A stretch of DNA of 64,000 nt from Kiloniellales bacterium. Lineage in GTDB: Bacteria; Pseudomonadota; Alphaproteobacteria; Kiloniellales; JAKSDN01. A program made the position numbers and the translations under genes. The stretch spans positions 1,102 to 65,101 of the forward strand of contig JASJEC010000024.1 in NCBI GenBank assembly GCA_030064845.1. The letters are read 5' to 3'. Below, in pieces: positions 27,249 through 35,472 of this stretch (its first letter is position 1; the number at the start of each line of letters is the position of its first letter). The notes beneath the pieces were generated by a model. The model was not told the origin of the DNA. It saw nothing but the letters and a program-made list of their open reading frames with translations, and ran no database searches.

Positions 27249-27851
27249 TCAGTCGAGACCGAAGACCTCCCAGTAACGTTCCCAGATGATCGCCTCGTAC
27301 TTGAGGGCGTAGGCCTCGGCGTATGGCTCGCCGCGGGAGCACTCGAACTGGGAGCGGGTCGTCATTCGGTCGTGATGGTGTCCGAGCTCGTGCAGCAGGA
27401 TGTTCAGGAGCTGATAGGCGCGCGCCTGGGCTAGAGTGAACTTGCACAGGACCCAATCGCCGCGGCGCTCGGCGGGAACGCCGAGACGATCGAAGACGCC
27501 CTGGTTCTCCTCGTAGTAATGGGCCGGATGACGGCGCCAAAGACCGCGCCGCCAGGCGCAGATACCGACCACGCCGTCGGTGTACCACCCCTCCATCTCG
27601 GGATCGCCGGCGGTCAGCACAATGGCGTCGAGGCCCTCGGACAACTCGTTCCAGGTCGGCAGCAGTTCGAGGAAGCGGATCACGTCGTCGCGGCGCAGCA
27701 GGTGGCGATAGCCGTACCCGGGCCTTTCCTTGTCGATTACCGGAAAGGCCTGCCGGGTGTTCCAATAGGTCGCGGTCGGCTCCAGGCGTTGGAAAGCGCC
27801 AACGGCCTTGGCTCTCCCGGCACTGGAGAAGCGCTTATAGACCCTAGCCAT
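27249..27851 (-). CDS. hypothetical protein with an HExxH (HELGHHHD) motif
   Basis: 200-aa ORF with normal GC and ATG at 27851. The single LLHELGHHHDRM motif near the C-terminus suggests a zinc-metallopeptidase-like fold. I recognise no family. Confidence 0.6.
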   Translation of the reverse strand: MARVYKRFSSAGRAKAVGAFQRLEPTATYWNTRQAFPVIDKERPGYGYRHLLRRDDVIRFLELLPTWNELSEGLDAIVLTAGDPEMEGWYTDGVVGICAWRRGLWRRHPAHYYEENQGVFDRLGVPAERRGDWVLCKFTLAQARAYQLLNILLHELGHHHDRMTTRSQFECSRGEPYAEAYALKYEAIIWERYWEVFGLD

Positions 27852-28128
27852 GACTAACCTACGTGGTTAACCCAAGCTGAACATTGACCCGTTCAGCGTG
27901 TAATCCCCGATCAAAGCCTAGCAGCAAATTGACGATTTGCTAACAACAATTTCAGTTTTCATGCCAAGTTTCAAAACTACAACCCTTTATAGAAGTCAAA
28001 AAATAAAGTAATTTATCTCAAATGCTCCACAATAATATTTGATTAATACAACAATTAGTTTGACCATTATTTTGATTTTTTGTTATATTATTTGATAACT
28101 AAATTAACTAATTTCGGGATTTCTCGGA
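27852..28128. promoter_or_regulatory. extremely AT-rich divergent intergenic region
   Basis: I count 17 G/C in the 90 nt from 28021 to 28110 (about 19% GC), against a genome that is otherwise visibly GC-rich. It contains three TTTGAT(T/A) repeats (near 28038, 28070, 28090), a GCTGAAC/GTTCAGC hairpin at 27876-27897, and TTAA-rich strings. Stop codons in all six frames leave no ORF above about 20 aa. Confidence 0.7.
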
Positions 28129-29562
28129 ATGCGCGGCCAAGAACATGGATCCAACCTGTCGGATCGCATCAAACAGCTTACCAGCAGCGAAGAAGGCGGT
28201 TCGTTGCCGCTTTTCGGCCTGCTTCTTATTCCTCTGGTCTGCTTCATCGGCCTCGCGGTCGACACCAGCCGTGGTTACGCGATCAAGAGCCGCGTCAGCA
28301 ACGCACTCGATGCCGCCGCTCTCGCCAGCATCCACTCGGTCGGCACGGAGTACTTCGAGGGCGACGTGCAACAGTACTTCGACGTGAACTTCCCGCAGGG
28401 CTACCTGGGCGCCAATGTCACCCTGGACGCGCCCAAGGTCAGCGCCGACGGAAATACTATCGAACTCAGCGCCTCGGCAGAGATCGACACGACCCTGATG
28501 CGCCTCCTGAACGTCGACACGATCGAGGTCGGCGCGAGCACCACGGTGACCACGGGCCTGAGCACGGTCGACGTCGTGCTCTCCTTCGACATGTCGGGCT
28601 CGATGGCCGGCTCGCGTATCTCCTCGGCGCGGGACGCGGCCGAGATCCTCATCGACACACTCGTCGCCGGAACCGGCAACGACAACATCGACGGCAACGT
28701 CCGTTTTGGTGTGGTGCCCTGGAACTCCAACGTCAACGTCAGCGACGGCACAACTTACAGCGCCGCCGCCACGACCTGGCAAACGGTCACACCGGATTTC
28801 CGCATAGTCGACACACCGTCCGACGGCACCGGCGACTTCGTAATGCAGGACCGACTTTACTTCGCCAACAATTCGCCCGTGCCCTTGCTGACCACGCCGC
28901 CCAGCGGGTGGGGCGGCTGCGTCTATGCGCGCCTCATCACGGCTGGCCCCTTGGCCCTCTGGACCAACACCACCGACAACGACGACGCGGATTTCCTGCG
29001 CGGCCAAGTCAACCTGAGCGACAGCAACGTGGATTGGCTCGGGTGGGAGCCCAAGCAGGACAACGGTCAGTGCCTCAGTCACACCATCACGCCGCTGACT
29101 GCGGATCAGGAAGCGGTTCGCCAGGAAATCCGGGACCTGCTAAGCCCCGCGGGAAACACCAACATTCCCCAAGGGCTCGCCTGGGCTTGGCGCGTGCTCA
29201 TGCCGGGCGTGCCCTACACGCAGGCCGACAGCGTCGTTACGGGGGGCCACAAGCGCGCAATCGTGCTGCTCAGTGACGGCGCCAACACCGTCACATCACA
29301 GGACGCCTACCGTGGGCGTCTCAACGAAGCGAAGATGAACGAACGTCTTCTCACGATTGCCCAGAACGCCAAGGACGAAGGCGCCACGATCTACGTCATC
29401 CAGTACGCCGATGAGGATGAAACTCTGCAGAACCTCTTGATGCAGGTCGCCCAGGAACCGAACCCGCCTTACTACAACTTCGCGCCCGACGCCATCGCCC
29501 TCGAAGCCGTCTTCGAGGGCATCGCCCAAGACCTCACCTCTGAACTGAGAGTTGCCCGATGA
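28129..29562 (+). CDS. TadG-like pilus-associated protein with a von Willebrand factor A domain
   Basis: N-terminal Tad-like hydrophobic segment (LPLFGLLLIPLVCFIGLAVDTSRGY..ALDAAALA). VWA MIDAS residues VVLSFDMSGSM, ..TNIPQGL.., VLLSDGANT. Confidence 0.85.
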   Translation: MRGQEHGSNLSDRIKQLTSSEEGGSLPLFGLLLIPLVCFIGLAVDTSRGYAIKSRVSNALDAAALASIHSVGTEYFEGDVQQYFDVNFPQGYLGANVTLDAPKVSADGNTIELSASAEIDTTLMRLLNVDTIEVGASTTVTTGLSTVDVVLSFDMSGSMAGSRISSARDAAEILIDTLVAGTGNDNIDGNVRFGVVPWNSNVNVSDGTTYSAAATTWQTVTPDFRIVDTPSDGTGDFVMQDRLYFANNSPVPLLTTPPSGWGGCVYARLITAGPLALWTNTTDNDDADFLRGQVNLSDSNVDWLGWEPKQDNGQCLSHTITPLTADQEAVRQEIRDLLSPAGNTNIPQGLAWAWRVLMPGVPYTQADSVVTGGHKRAIVLLSDGANTVTSQDAYRGRLNEAKMNERLLTIAQNAKDEGATIYVIQYADEDETLQNLLMQVAQEPNPPYYNFAPDAIALEAVFEGIAQDLTSELRVAR

Positions 29563-30167
29563 CAAGAACCCGGAAAGATCTCGTCCGCGAGGAAAACGGC
29601 GGCGCGACGCTCGAATTCGGCCTCGTCGTGCCCCTCTTCGTCCTCATGCTCATCGGCGTGATGGAGATGGGCATGCTGTTCTTCGCCAACACGGCCCTCG
29701 AGGGTGGCCTCAGGGAAGCCGCGCGCTACGCGATTACCGGCCGTACCGACGGCGCCAGTCGCGAGCAGGAGATCATCAACATCATCAACAAGAACGGCTA
29801 CGGCATCGTCAAGGTCACCGCCGACAACATCACCACCGAGATCTACCAGGACTTCGCCGACATCGACACCGCCGAACCGATCGTCGGCGATGCGGGCGAG
29901 ATCGGCGTCTACGAACCGGGGATAGACGACGGCTACACCGACATCAATTGCAACGGTAGTTGGGACGAGGACATCGCCAAGAGCCCCGGCGCCGGCGGTG
30001 GCAACGATGTGGTGATCTACGTCGTCGACTATCAGCACGAATTCATGACCAACCTCCTGTCACCCATGATCGGCGGCGACGGCAAGGTGCCACTGACCGC
30101 TCGGGTCGCGGTCCGCAACGAGCCCTTCGGCAACTCGGACCTCTGCCTCGACTCTCAAGCGACTTAG
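29559..30167 (+). CDS. TadE-family pseudopilin-like protein
   Basis: ENGGATLEFGLVVPLFVLMLIGVMEMG is a prepilin-peptidase-type G/xxxxE(F) motif plus a hydrophobic helix. ATGA overlap with the TadG-like gene. Confidence 0.85.
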   Translation: MTRTRKDLVREENGGATLEFGLVVPLFVLMLIGVMEMGMLFFANTALEGGLREAARYAITGRTDGASREQEIINIINKNGYGIVKVTADNITTEIYQDFADIDTAEPIVGDAGEIGVYEPGIDDGYTDINCNGSWDEDIAKSPGAGGGNDVVIYVVDYQHEFMTNLLSPMIGGDGKVPLTARVAVRNEPFGNSDLCLDSQAT

Positions 30168-30199
30168 TGTTTGGACAGGCGGCGAGCGAGGCCCGAACT

Positions 30200-30784
30200 A
30201 TGACCACTGGCAACAGAATTGGCAGGCTTCTACGCGGCGATGAAGGCGTCACGGCCATGGAGTTCGTGATGGTCCTGCCGTTCCTTCTCTTCCTGCTGAT
30301 GGGCGGCATCGAGCTCTCTACCTACGTGCTGTTGCACAACAAGCTCGGGCGGGTCGCGTCTACCACCGCCGATCTCACAACCCGCACGCCGGAAGTCACC
30401 GAGCAGGACCTGCAGCAGATCCTCGGCGCCTCCTCGACGGTCGCCCTGCCCTATCAGCTCGACGTGCAGGGCGCTGTGGTGATCAGCTCGGTCACCGCCA
30501 ATCCCGACCCCGACGCCACCCCGCCGGTCGCGGTCAGCTGGCAGCGCAATATCGCCGGTTCGGGCGTGGACTACGACAGTCAGATCGGCGTCGAAGGACA
30601 GGCGGCCAACCTGCCCACCGGTTTCAGCCTAAGACCGACGCAGAACGCCATCATCGTTGAGATCTTCTACGACTACGAGCCCATGTGGTTCGGCCAGGTG
30701 ACCGGGCAGCAGCAGATCTACTACCGGGCCGTCAAATTCCCCCGTAACGGCGCCCTCTCGGCGATCCAGGCTCCCGCGACCTAA
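30200..30784 (+). CDS. TadE-family pseudopilin-like protein
   Basis: DEGVTAMEFVMVLPFLLFLLMGGIELS carries the G/xxxxEF motif. Start trimmed to ATG 30200. Confidence 0.85.
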   Translation: MTTGNRIGRLLRGDEGVTAMEFVMVLPFLLFLLMGGIELSTYVLLHNKLGRVASTTADLTTRTPEVTEQDLQQILGASSTVALPYQLDVQGAVVISSVTANPDPDATPPVAVSWQRNIAGSGVDYDSQIGVEGQAANLPTGFSLRPTQNAIIVEIFYDYEPMWFGQVTGQQQIYYRAVKFPRNGALSAIQAPAT

Positions 30785-30810
30785 GACCTGTGACTGCGCG
30801 GGCGGCGCCC

Positions 30811-31308
30811 TCAGGACCGCCGCGGGATGGCGATCGATCTTCCGGCCTCCTCGGGGCGCGGCAGCGCGCTCTGCGCCCGTGCCACCTCCTGCAGCCGCGA
30901 AAGCACGGCCTCGCCGAAGGGCGCGGCCCGCGGGACGCTCATGTCGACGTTGAGCAGCATGCACTCGGCGGTCGAGAGGCGGTCTCCGCTCTCCCCGTGC
31001 ACCATGATGTGGAACAGGTGGAAGCGCTTGCGGTCGAAATCGAGCAGCCTGGTCTCGACCTCGACCCCCTCACCCTCGCCGACCTCCTGGAGGTAGGTGA
31101 TGTGGGTCTCCAGGGTATAGATCGAGGTATTGGTCTCCTCGCGCATGGCTGCGTCCATGCCGATGAAGTCCATAAAGGCGTCGGTCGCCCGGCTGAAGAT
31201 CAGGAGGTAATAGGCCTCGTTAAGGTGCCCGTTGTAGTCGATCCACTCGGGCTGGACCCGGTCGCGGTGCAACCGCAGCCCGCCGCCCTCGCCGCCCTCG
31301 CCGCCCAC
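30811..31308 (-). CDS. hotdog-fold acyl-CoA thioesterase (4HBT/YbgC-like)
   Basis: ..RVQPEWIDYNGHLNEAYYLLIFSRATDAFM..TLETHITYLQE.. is typical of the 4HBT thioesterase family. GTG start at 31308, 4 nt after the upstream stop. Confidence 0.75.
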   Translation of the reverse strand: MGGEGGEGGGLRLHRDRVQPEWIDYNGHLNEAYYLLIFSRATDAFMDFIGMDAAMREETNTSIYTLETHITYLQEVGEGEGVEVETRLLDFDRKRFHLFHIMVHGESGDRLSTAECMLLNVDMSVPRAAPFGEAVLSRLQEVARAQSALPRPEEAGRSIAIPRRS

Positions 31309-31312
31309 GGCG

Positions 31313-33730
31313 CTACGCTCTCAAGCGTTCGTTCCCCGGGTCGTAGGCCGGTTTCGCCAGGACCCGGCAGGCGCGCCGCTCACCCTGGATCGTGACCTCG
31401 AGCGCTGTCTCCGGCGCCGCCTGCGCCGGCTTCACGTAGGCGAAGGCGAGCGACTTGCCGACCGCGTGCCCGTAGCCGCCGGAGGTGGTCACGCCCACCG
31501 TCGCGCCGTTGGCGTGGACCGGCTCGTTGCCCAGGGGGTCGGCGTCCGCGGCGTCGACGTCGAGGTAGACCAGCTTGAGGTCGATGCCGTTGCCGCGCCG
31601 CGCAACCAGGGCCTCTCGCCCGACGAAGTCACCCTTGTCCAAGTCGACGAAGCGATCCAGGCCCGCCTCGATCGGGGTGATCTCGTTGGTCAGCTCCGAG
31701 CCCCAGCCCTTGTAGCCTTTCTCCATGCGCAGGGAGTTGAGCGCGTAGGCGCCAAAGTCGGCGATGCCGTGGGCTTGGCCGACTTCCATCAGGGCGTCGT
31801 AGACCTGTTCGAGCCGGGCCATGGGCGTGTGCAGCTCCCAGCCGAGCTCGCCCGCGTAGGAGACCCTGAGCGCGTGGAGGTCCACGCCCGCCACGGCGAT
31901 GGTCCGCGCGGTCAGCCAGCGGAACGCGCCGCTGCTCAGATCCGCGTCGGTCAGGGCGCCCAGAACGTCGCGCGACTTGGGGCCGGTCAGCACCAGGACC
32001 CCATAGTCGTCGGTGACGTTGGTCGCCGTCGCCGTCTCCCCGCCGCGCCGGTCCTGGGTCAGGAAGTCGAGGTCACGCAGCTCGGCGACCGCCGCCGAGA
32101 GCAGGTAGTAGCGGCCCTCGTGCACCCGGGTCACGGTGAACTCGCTCTCGATCCGGCCCGCCTCGGTCAGGTGATGGGCCAGGACGATGCCGCCGTCCTT
32201 CCTGGGCATGCGGTTGGCCAGAAGCCGGTTCAGGAGGGCCTCGGCGTCGGGGCCCGCGACCTCGAACTTGGCGAAGCTCGAGAGGTCGAAGACCCCGACC
32301 CTCTCGCGCACCGCTCTGCATTCCTCGGCGACGTGATCGAAGGTAGAGGTCCGGCGGAAGCCGTACTCCTCTTCAGCCCCATCAGGCGCGAACCACTTCG
32401 GCCGCTCCCAGCCGAAGACCTCGGCGTAGACCGCGCCCTGGTTCTTGAGCTTGCCGTAGAGCGGCGTGGTTCGGACCGGACGGCCCGCCTCGCGGAACTC
32501 GCCCGGGTAGTGCACCTGGTACATCTGCTGGTACTCGTCGATCGACTTCTGCAAGGCGTAGTCGCCGAGCGACCAGTCGCCGTAGCGCCTGGGGTCGAGG
32601 CCATACATGTTGATGTCGGCCTGGCCATGCACCATCCACTGGGCGAGATACTTGCCCGCGCCCGGTCCTTGGGTGATGCCGATCGAGGCGCCGCAGCACA
32701 TCCAGTAGTTCTTCACGCCCGGCGCCGGGCCGAGCAGGAAGCTGCCGTCCGGCAGGTGGGTGATCGGGCCGTTGACGATCCGCTTGATGCCGGCGGTCTC
32801 GAAGCAGGGCAGCCGGTGCATGGCGTGCTCGAGGCTGGTCGAGATCTGGTCCAGGTCGGGCGGCAGCAGCTCCATGTCGAAGCCCCAGTCGATCCCGTCG
32901 AGGCCCCAGGCCTGGGCGTTCTCCATTTCGTAGGGCCCGATCAGGATGCCCTTCTGCTCCTGGCGGTAGTAGGCCGAGGCGATGGGGTCGCGGACCACAG
33001 GCGGCTCCTTGTCCAGCGCCTCCACCTCGGCCAGGTTCTCGGTCACCAGGTACTGGTGGCTCATGTTGACGATCGGCACCCGGTAGTCGATCCAGGCCGA
33101 GACCTGGTCGCCGAAGGAGCCGGCCGCGTTGACCACGTGCTCGCAGGTGATCGTGCCCTGCTCGGTGATCACCTCCCATTCGCCGCTTGCGCGCTGCTTG
33201 GTGTCGAGCACCCGGTTGCGCAGCACGATCTCGGCGCCGCCCATGCGCGCGCCCTTGGCCATGGCGTGGGTCGCGCTGGCCGGGTCGGTGTGGCCGTCGT
33301 GGGGCGTGTAGGCGCCCGCCAGGATGCCCTCGACATTCAGCAGCGGATGCAGGTTCTTGATCTCGTTGGGGCCGATGATGTGCATCTCCACGCCGATGTA
33401 GGCGAGCTGGCCCTGGACGTAGCGGAACCAGTCGACCTCGTCGGGCTTGGTCGCCAGGCGGATCGCGCCGCAGCCGTGCCAGCCCGTCGCCTGCCCGGTC
33501 TCCGCCTCGAGGGTCTTGTAGAGCTCCACCCCGTGGGCGTGGATCGCGGCCATGGAGAGCCCGCCGATAAAGTGCGGGATCAGGCCGGCCGCGTGCCAGG
33601 TCGAGCCCGAGGTGAGCTCGCCCTTGTCGATCAGCACGACGTCGGACCAGCCTTCCTTGGTCAGGTGATAGAGCAGGCCGGCCCCCATGGCACCGCCGCC
33701 GATCACCACCACGCGCGCATGGCTTTTCAT
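31313..33730 (-). CDS. FAD-dependent oxidoreductase fused to a GcvT-like folate-binding domain (dimethylglycine/sarcosine dehydrogenase family)
   Basis: N-terminal VVVIGGGAMGAGLLYHL (GxGxxG) DAO domain. C-terminal aminomethyltransferase-like region (..FDLSSFAKFEV.GPDA..GYGHAVGKSLAFAYV). Start trimmed to ATG 33730. Confidence 0.9.
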   Translation of the reverse strand: MKSHARVVVIGGGAMGAGLLYHLTKEGWSDVVLIDKGELTSGSTWHAAGLIPHFIGGLSMAAIHAHGVELYKTLEAETGQATGWHGCGAIRLATKPDEVDWFRYVQGQLAYIGVEMHIIGPNEIKNLHPLLNVEGILAGAYTPHDGHTDPASATHAMAKGARMGGAEIVLRNRVLDTKQRASGEWEVITEQGTITCEHVVNAAGSFGDQVSAWIDYRVPIVNMSHQYLVTENLAEVEALDKEPPVVRDPIASAYYRQEQKGILIGPYEMENAQAWGLDGIDWGFDMELLPPDLDQISTSLEHAMHRLPCFETAGIKRIVNGPITHLPDGSFLLGPAPGVKNYWMCCGASIGITQGPGAGKYLAQWMVHGQADINMYGLDPRRYGDWSLGDYALQKSIDEYQQMYQVHYPGEFREAGRPVRTTPLYGKLKNQGAVYAEVFGWERPKWFAPDGAEEEYGFRRTSTFDHVAEECRAVRERVGVFDLSSFAKFEVAGPDAEALLNRLLANRMPRKDGGIVLAHHLTEAGRIESEFTVTRVHEGRYYLLSAAVAELRDLDFLTQDRRGGETATATNVTDDYGVLVLTGPKSRDVLGALTDADLSSGAFRWLTARTIAVAGVDLHALRVSYAGELGWELHTPMARLEQVYDALMEVGQAHGIADFGAYALNSLRMEKGYKGWGSELTNEITPIEAGLDRFVDLDKGDFVGREALVARRGNGIDLKLVYLDVDAADADPLGNEPVHANGATVGVTTSGGYGHAVGKSLAFAYVKPAQAAPETALEVTIQGERRACRVLAKPAYDPGNERLRA

Positions 33731-33752
33731 GTCTTCGTATCCCCGTTCCTGA

Positions 33753-35327
33753 TTACCAGCGGTCGTTGCCGAGCCGCATGTTGTCACGCGCGATCCTGAC
33801 CGGAAAGCGTTCGCGAATGGCCGCATCCTGATCCGGCGTGATGTAGTCCGGATAATGCTCCGCCAGGATGGCCTTGACCTGGGCGCGGGCCTTTTGGCGG
33901 ACATCGGTCGATCCCTGCTCCACCCATTCCTTCGGGCTCGAACGGTCGCCGACCTCGGGATAGACGTACTCCGCCTGCATCAGGCCGAGCGTCTGTTCGT
34001 GCCCGAGGAAGTGCCCCGGCCCTTCCATGCAGACTTGGCGGATGGTCTCGACGGAGAGGCTCTCGTCGGTCACCTCGATGCCGCGCACGCCGCGCAGCAC
34101 CGCGCCGATCGTGTCGTTATCAATCACCAAGCTCTCCAGACAGAAGCCCAGGAGCGAGGCATGCATGCCAGCAGACTCATAGATCATGTTGGCGCCGGCA
34201 AGGCCGGCCAGCGCCTGGGTATAACCCTTCTCCAGGCCGGCCTGGGCGTCCGGCACCTTCGAGTCGGTCATGCCGGCCGGCACGCCGCCGCTCAGATCGT
34301 AGAAGTGCGCCATCTGGGCGCAGGCCGCGCTGAGCAGCGCCTGCTCACCGCTGCCGCCGCTCATTGCGCCGGTGCGCAGATCGGAGACAAAGGGCCAGGT
34401 TCCCATGATCGCCGGATGGCCGGGCACGATCAGGTTGACATAGACCAGGCCGGCGAGCACTTCCGCGACCTCCTGCACGATCGAGCCGGCAAGCGCCGCC
34501 GGGCTGGTGGCCCCGGCCTGTCCGGCCGACAGCAGCAGCACCGGCATGCCGCCGCGCACGCAGACCTCGAGCGCCCGGCAGGCGTCCTCCGCGAACTTCA
34601 TCGGCGGCACCACGTGGCAGCACGACAGCGACACGAAGGGCCGCTCGCGCCACTGCTTCTCGCCACCGGCGACGTAGTGCAGCATTTCCAGGGATTCCGC
34701 GGCATGCTCCGGCAGGACGAAGCTGGTGCCGACATGCTTGGCGGTGCCCGAGATCGCCGCGTAGCAGGTGTTGAGATCCATCTCACGCGGGTCTTCCAGG
34801 TCGCGGCAGACGATGGAGCGCTGGAAGAAATGGATGTTGTCCATCCGGTCGACGACACGGGCGATGTCGTAGAGGTCGAGCGAGGTCGACTCCCGGTATT
34901 CGCCGGTCATCGCGTCGACCATGTGGACCGCCGCCCCGGCGGTGCCGAAGTAGACCTTCTTGCCCCAGGGCTCCAGGTCGTGCTTCGGGTCCCGTCCGTG
35001 GATCGGGAAGTGCCGGGCGCAGTTTGCCAGGGTGTCCTCGACCAGGGTCCGGGGAAAGATCAGCCGCCCCTCCTCGCTCAGCTTGCCGCCGGCCGCCGTC
35101 ACCATCTCGACGCAGGAGGGGATGGCGTCGGCCAGTCCCACCGTCTCCAGCAGATCCAGTGCGGCTCTGTGGATCTTCTCGACCTCGGCGTCGGTAAGGG
35201 GCTTGTAGCGACCGCCCTCCATGCCGGGTTTCACCGCCCGCTCCGCCTCGGGGATCGGCGCGGCGCGCAGCTCGCGCCGGGCCGAGCGCCCGCCACGCCT
35301 TCTGGTGACGACTTCTGCTCCCGTCAT
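33753..35327 (-). CDS. MttB-superfamily (trimethylamine methyltransferase-like) protein, non-pyrrolysine type
   Basis: 524 aa, uninterrupted by any in-frame amber codon. The sequence (..LTDAEVEKIHRAALDLLETVG.., ..SCCHVVPPMKF.., ..AGANMIYESAGM..) resembles the MttB family from memory. ATG at 35327 with GGAG upstream. Confidence 0.85.
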   Translation of the reverse strand: MTGAEVVTRRRGGRSARRELRAAPIPEAERAVKPGMEGGRYKPLTDAEVEKIHRAALDLLETVGLADAIPSCVEMVTAAGGKLSEEGRLIFPRTLVEDTLANCARHFPIHGRDPKHDLEPWGKKVYFGTAGAAVHMVDAMTGEYRESTSLDLYDIARVVDRMDNIHFFQRSIVCRDLEDPREMDLNTCYAAISGTAKHVGTSFVLPEHAAESLEMLHYVAGGEKQWRERPFVSLSCCHVVPPMKFAEDACRALEVCVRGGMPVLLLSAGQAGATSPAALAGSIVQEVAEVLAGLVYVNLIVPGHPAIMGTWPFVSDLRTGAMSGGSGEQALLSAACAQMAHFYDLSGGVPAGMTDSKVPDAQAGLEKGYTQALAGLAGANMIYESAGMHASLLGFCLESLVIDNDTIGAVLRGVRGIEVTDESLSVETIRQVCMEGPGHFLGHEQTLGLMQAEYVYPEVGDRSSPKEWVEQGSTDVRQKARAQVKAILAEHYPDYITPDQDAAIRERFPVRIARDNMRLGNDRW

Positions 35328-35368
35328 CTCAGGACTCCACAAAAAGGGATCGAGGCCACTCCCTACAT

Positions 35369-35448
35369 CTTGTCATGCCCGGACTTGATCCGGGCATCCA
35401 GGGTTGCCAACCGCCCTGGATTGCCGTGTCGCGCACGGCAATGACAAG
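35369..35448. repeat. 80-bp REP/MITE-like intergenic element with two hairpins bracketed by an 8-bp inverted repeat
   Basis: Outer inverted repeat CTTGTCAT (35369-76) / ATGACAAG (35441-48). Hairpin 1 is ATGCCCGG-ACTTGAT-CCGGGCAT (35375-97). Hairpin 2 is ATTGCCGTG-TCGCG-CACGGCAAT (35420-42). From memory it resembles GTCATGCCCGG..CCGGGCATCC elements common in alphaproteobacterial intergenic DNA. Confidence 0.7.
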
Positions 35449-35472
35449 AAAAACGTGTTTGCACTCACAAGG

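Noticed and set aside
27852-28128. Hidden Flp pilin gene or small ORF in the AT-rich block
   Set aside because: I read all six frames. Stop codons (TAA/TAG/TGA) occur every few codons, and the longest ATG-initiated peptides are under about 20 aa with no G/xxxxEY motif.
31466-33799. 777-aa plus-strand ORF (and similar ORFs at 33855..35444, 35404..37125, 42565..43587)
   Set aside because: These are antisense to or overlap well-supported minus-strand genes (DAO/GcvT dehydrogenase, MttB, BKACE, 2-hydroxyacid dehydrogenase). They have no motifs and a biased composition.
33753-35327. Possible pyrrolysine (in-frame UAG) in the MttB homologue
   Set aside because: The reading frame is continuous with no internal amber codon, so this is a non-Pyl member.
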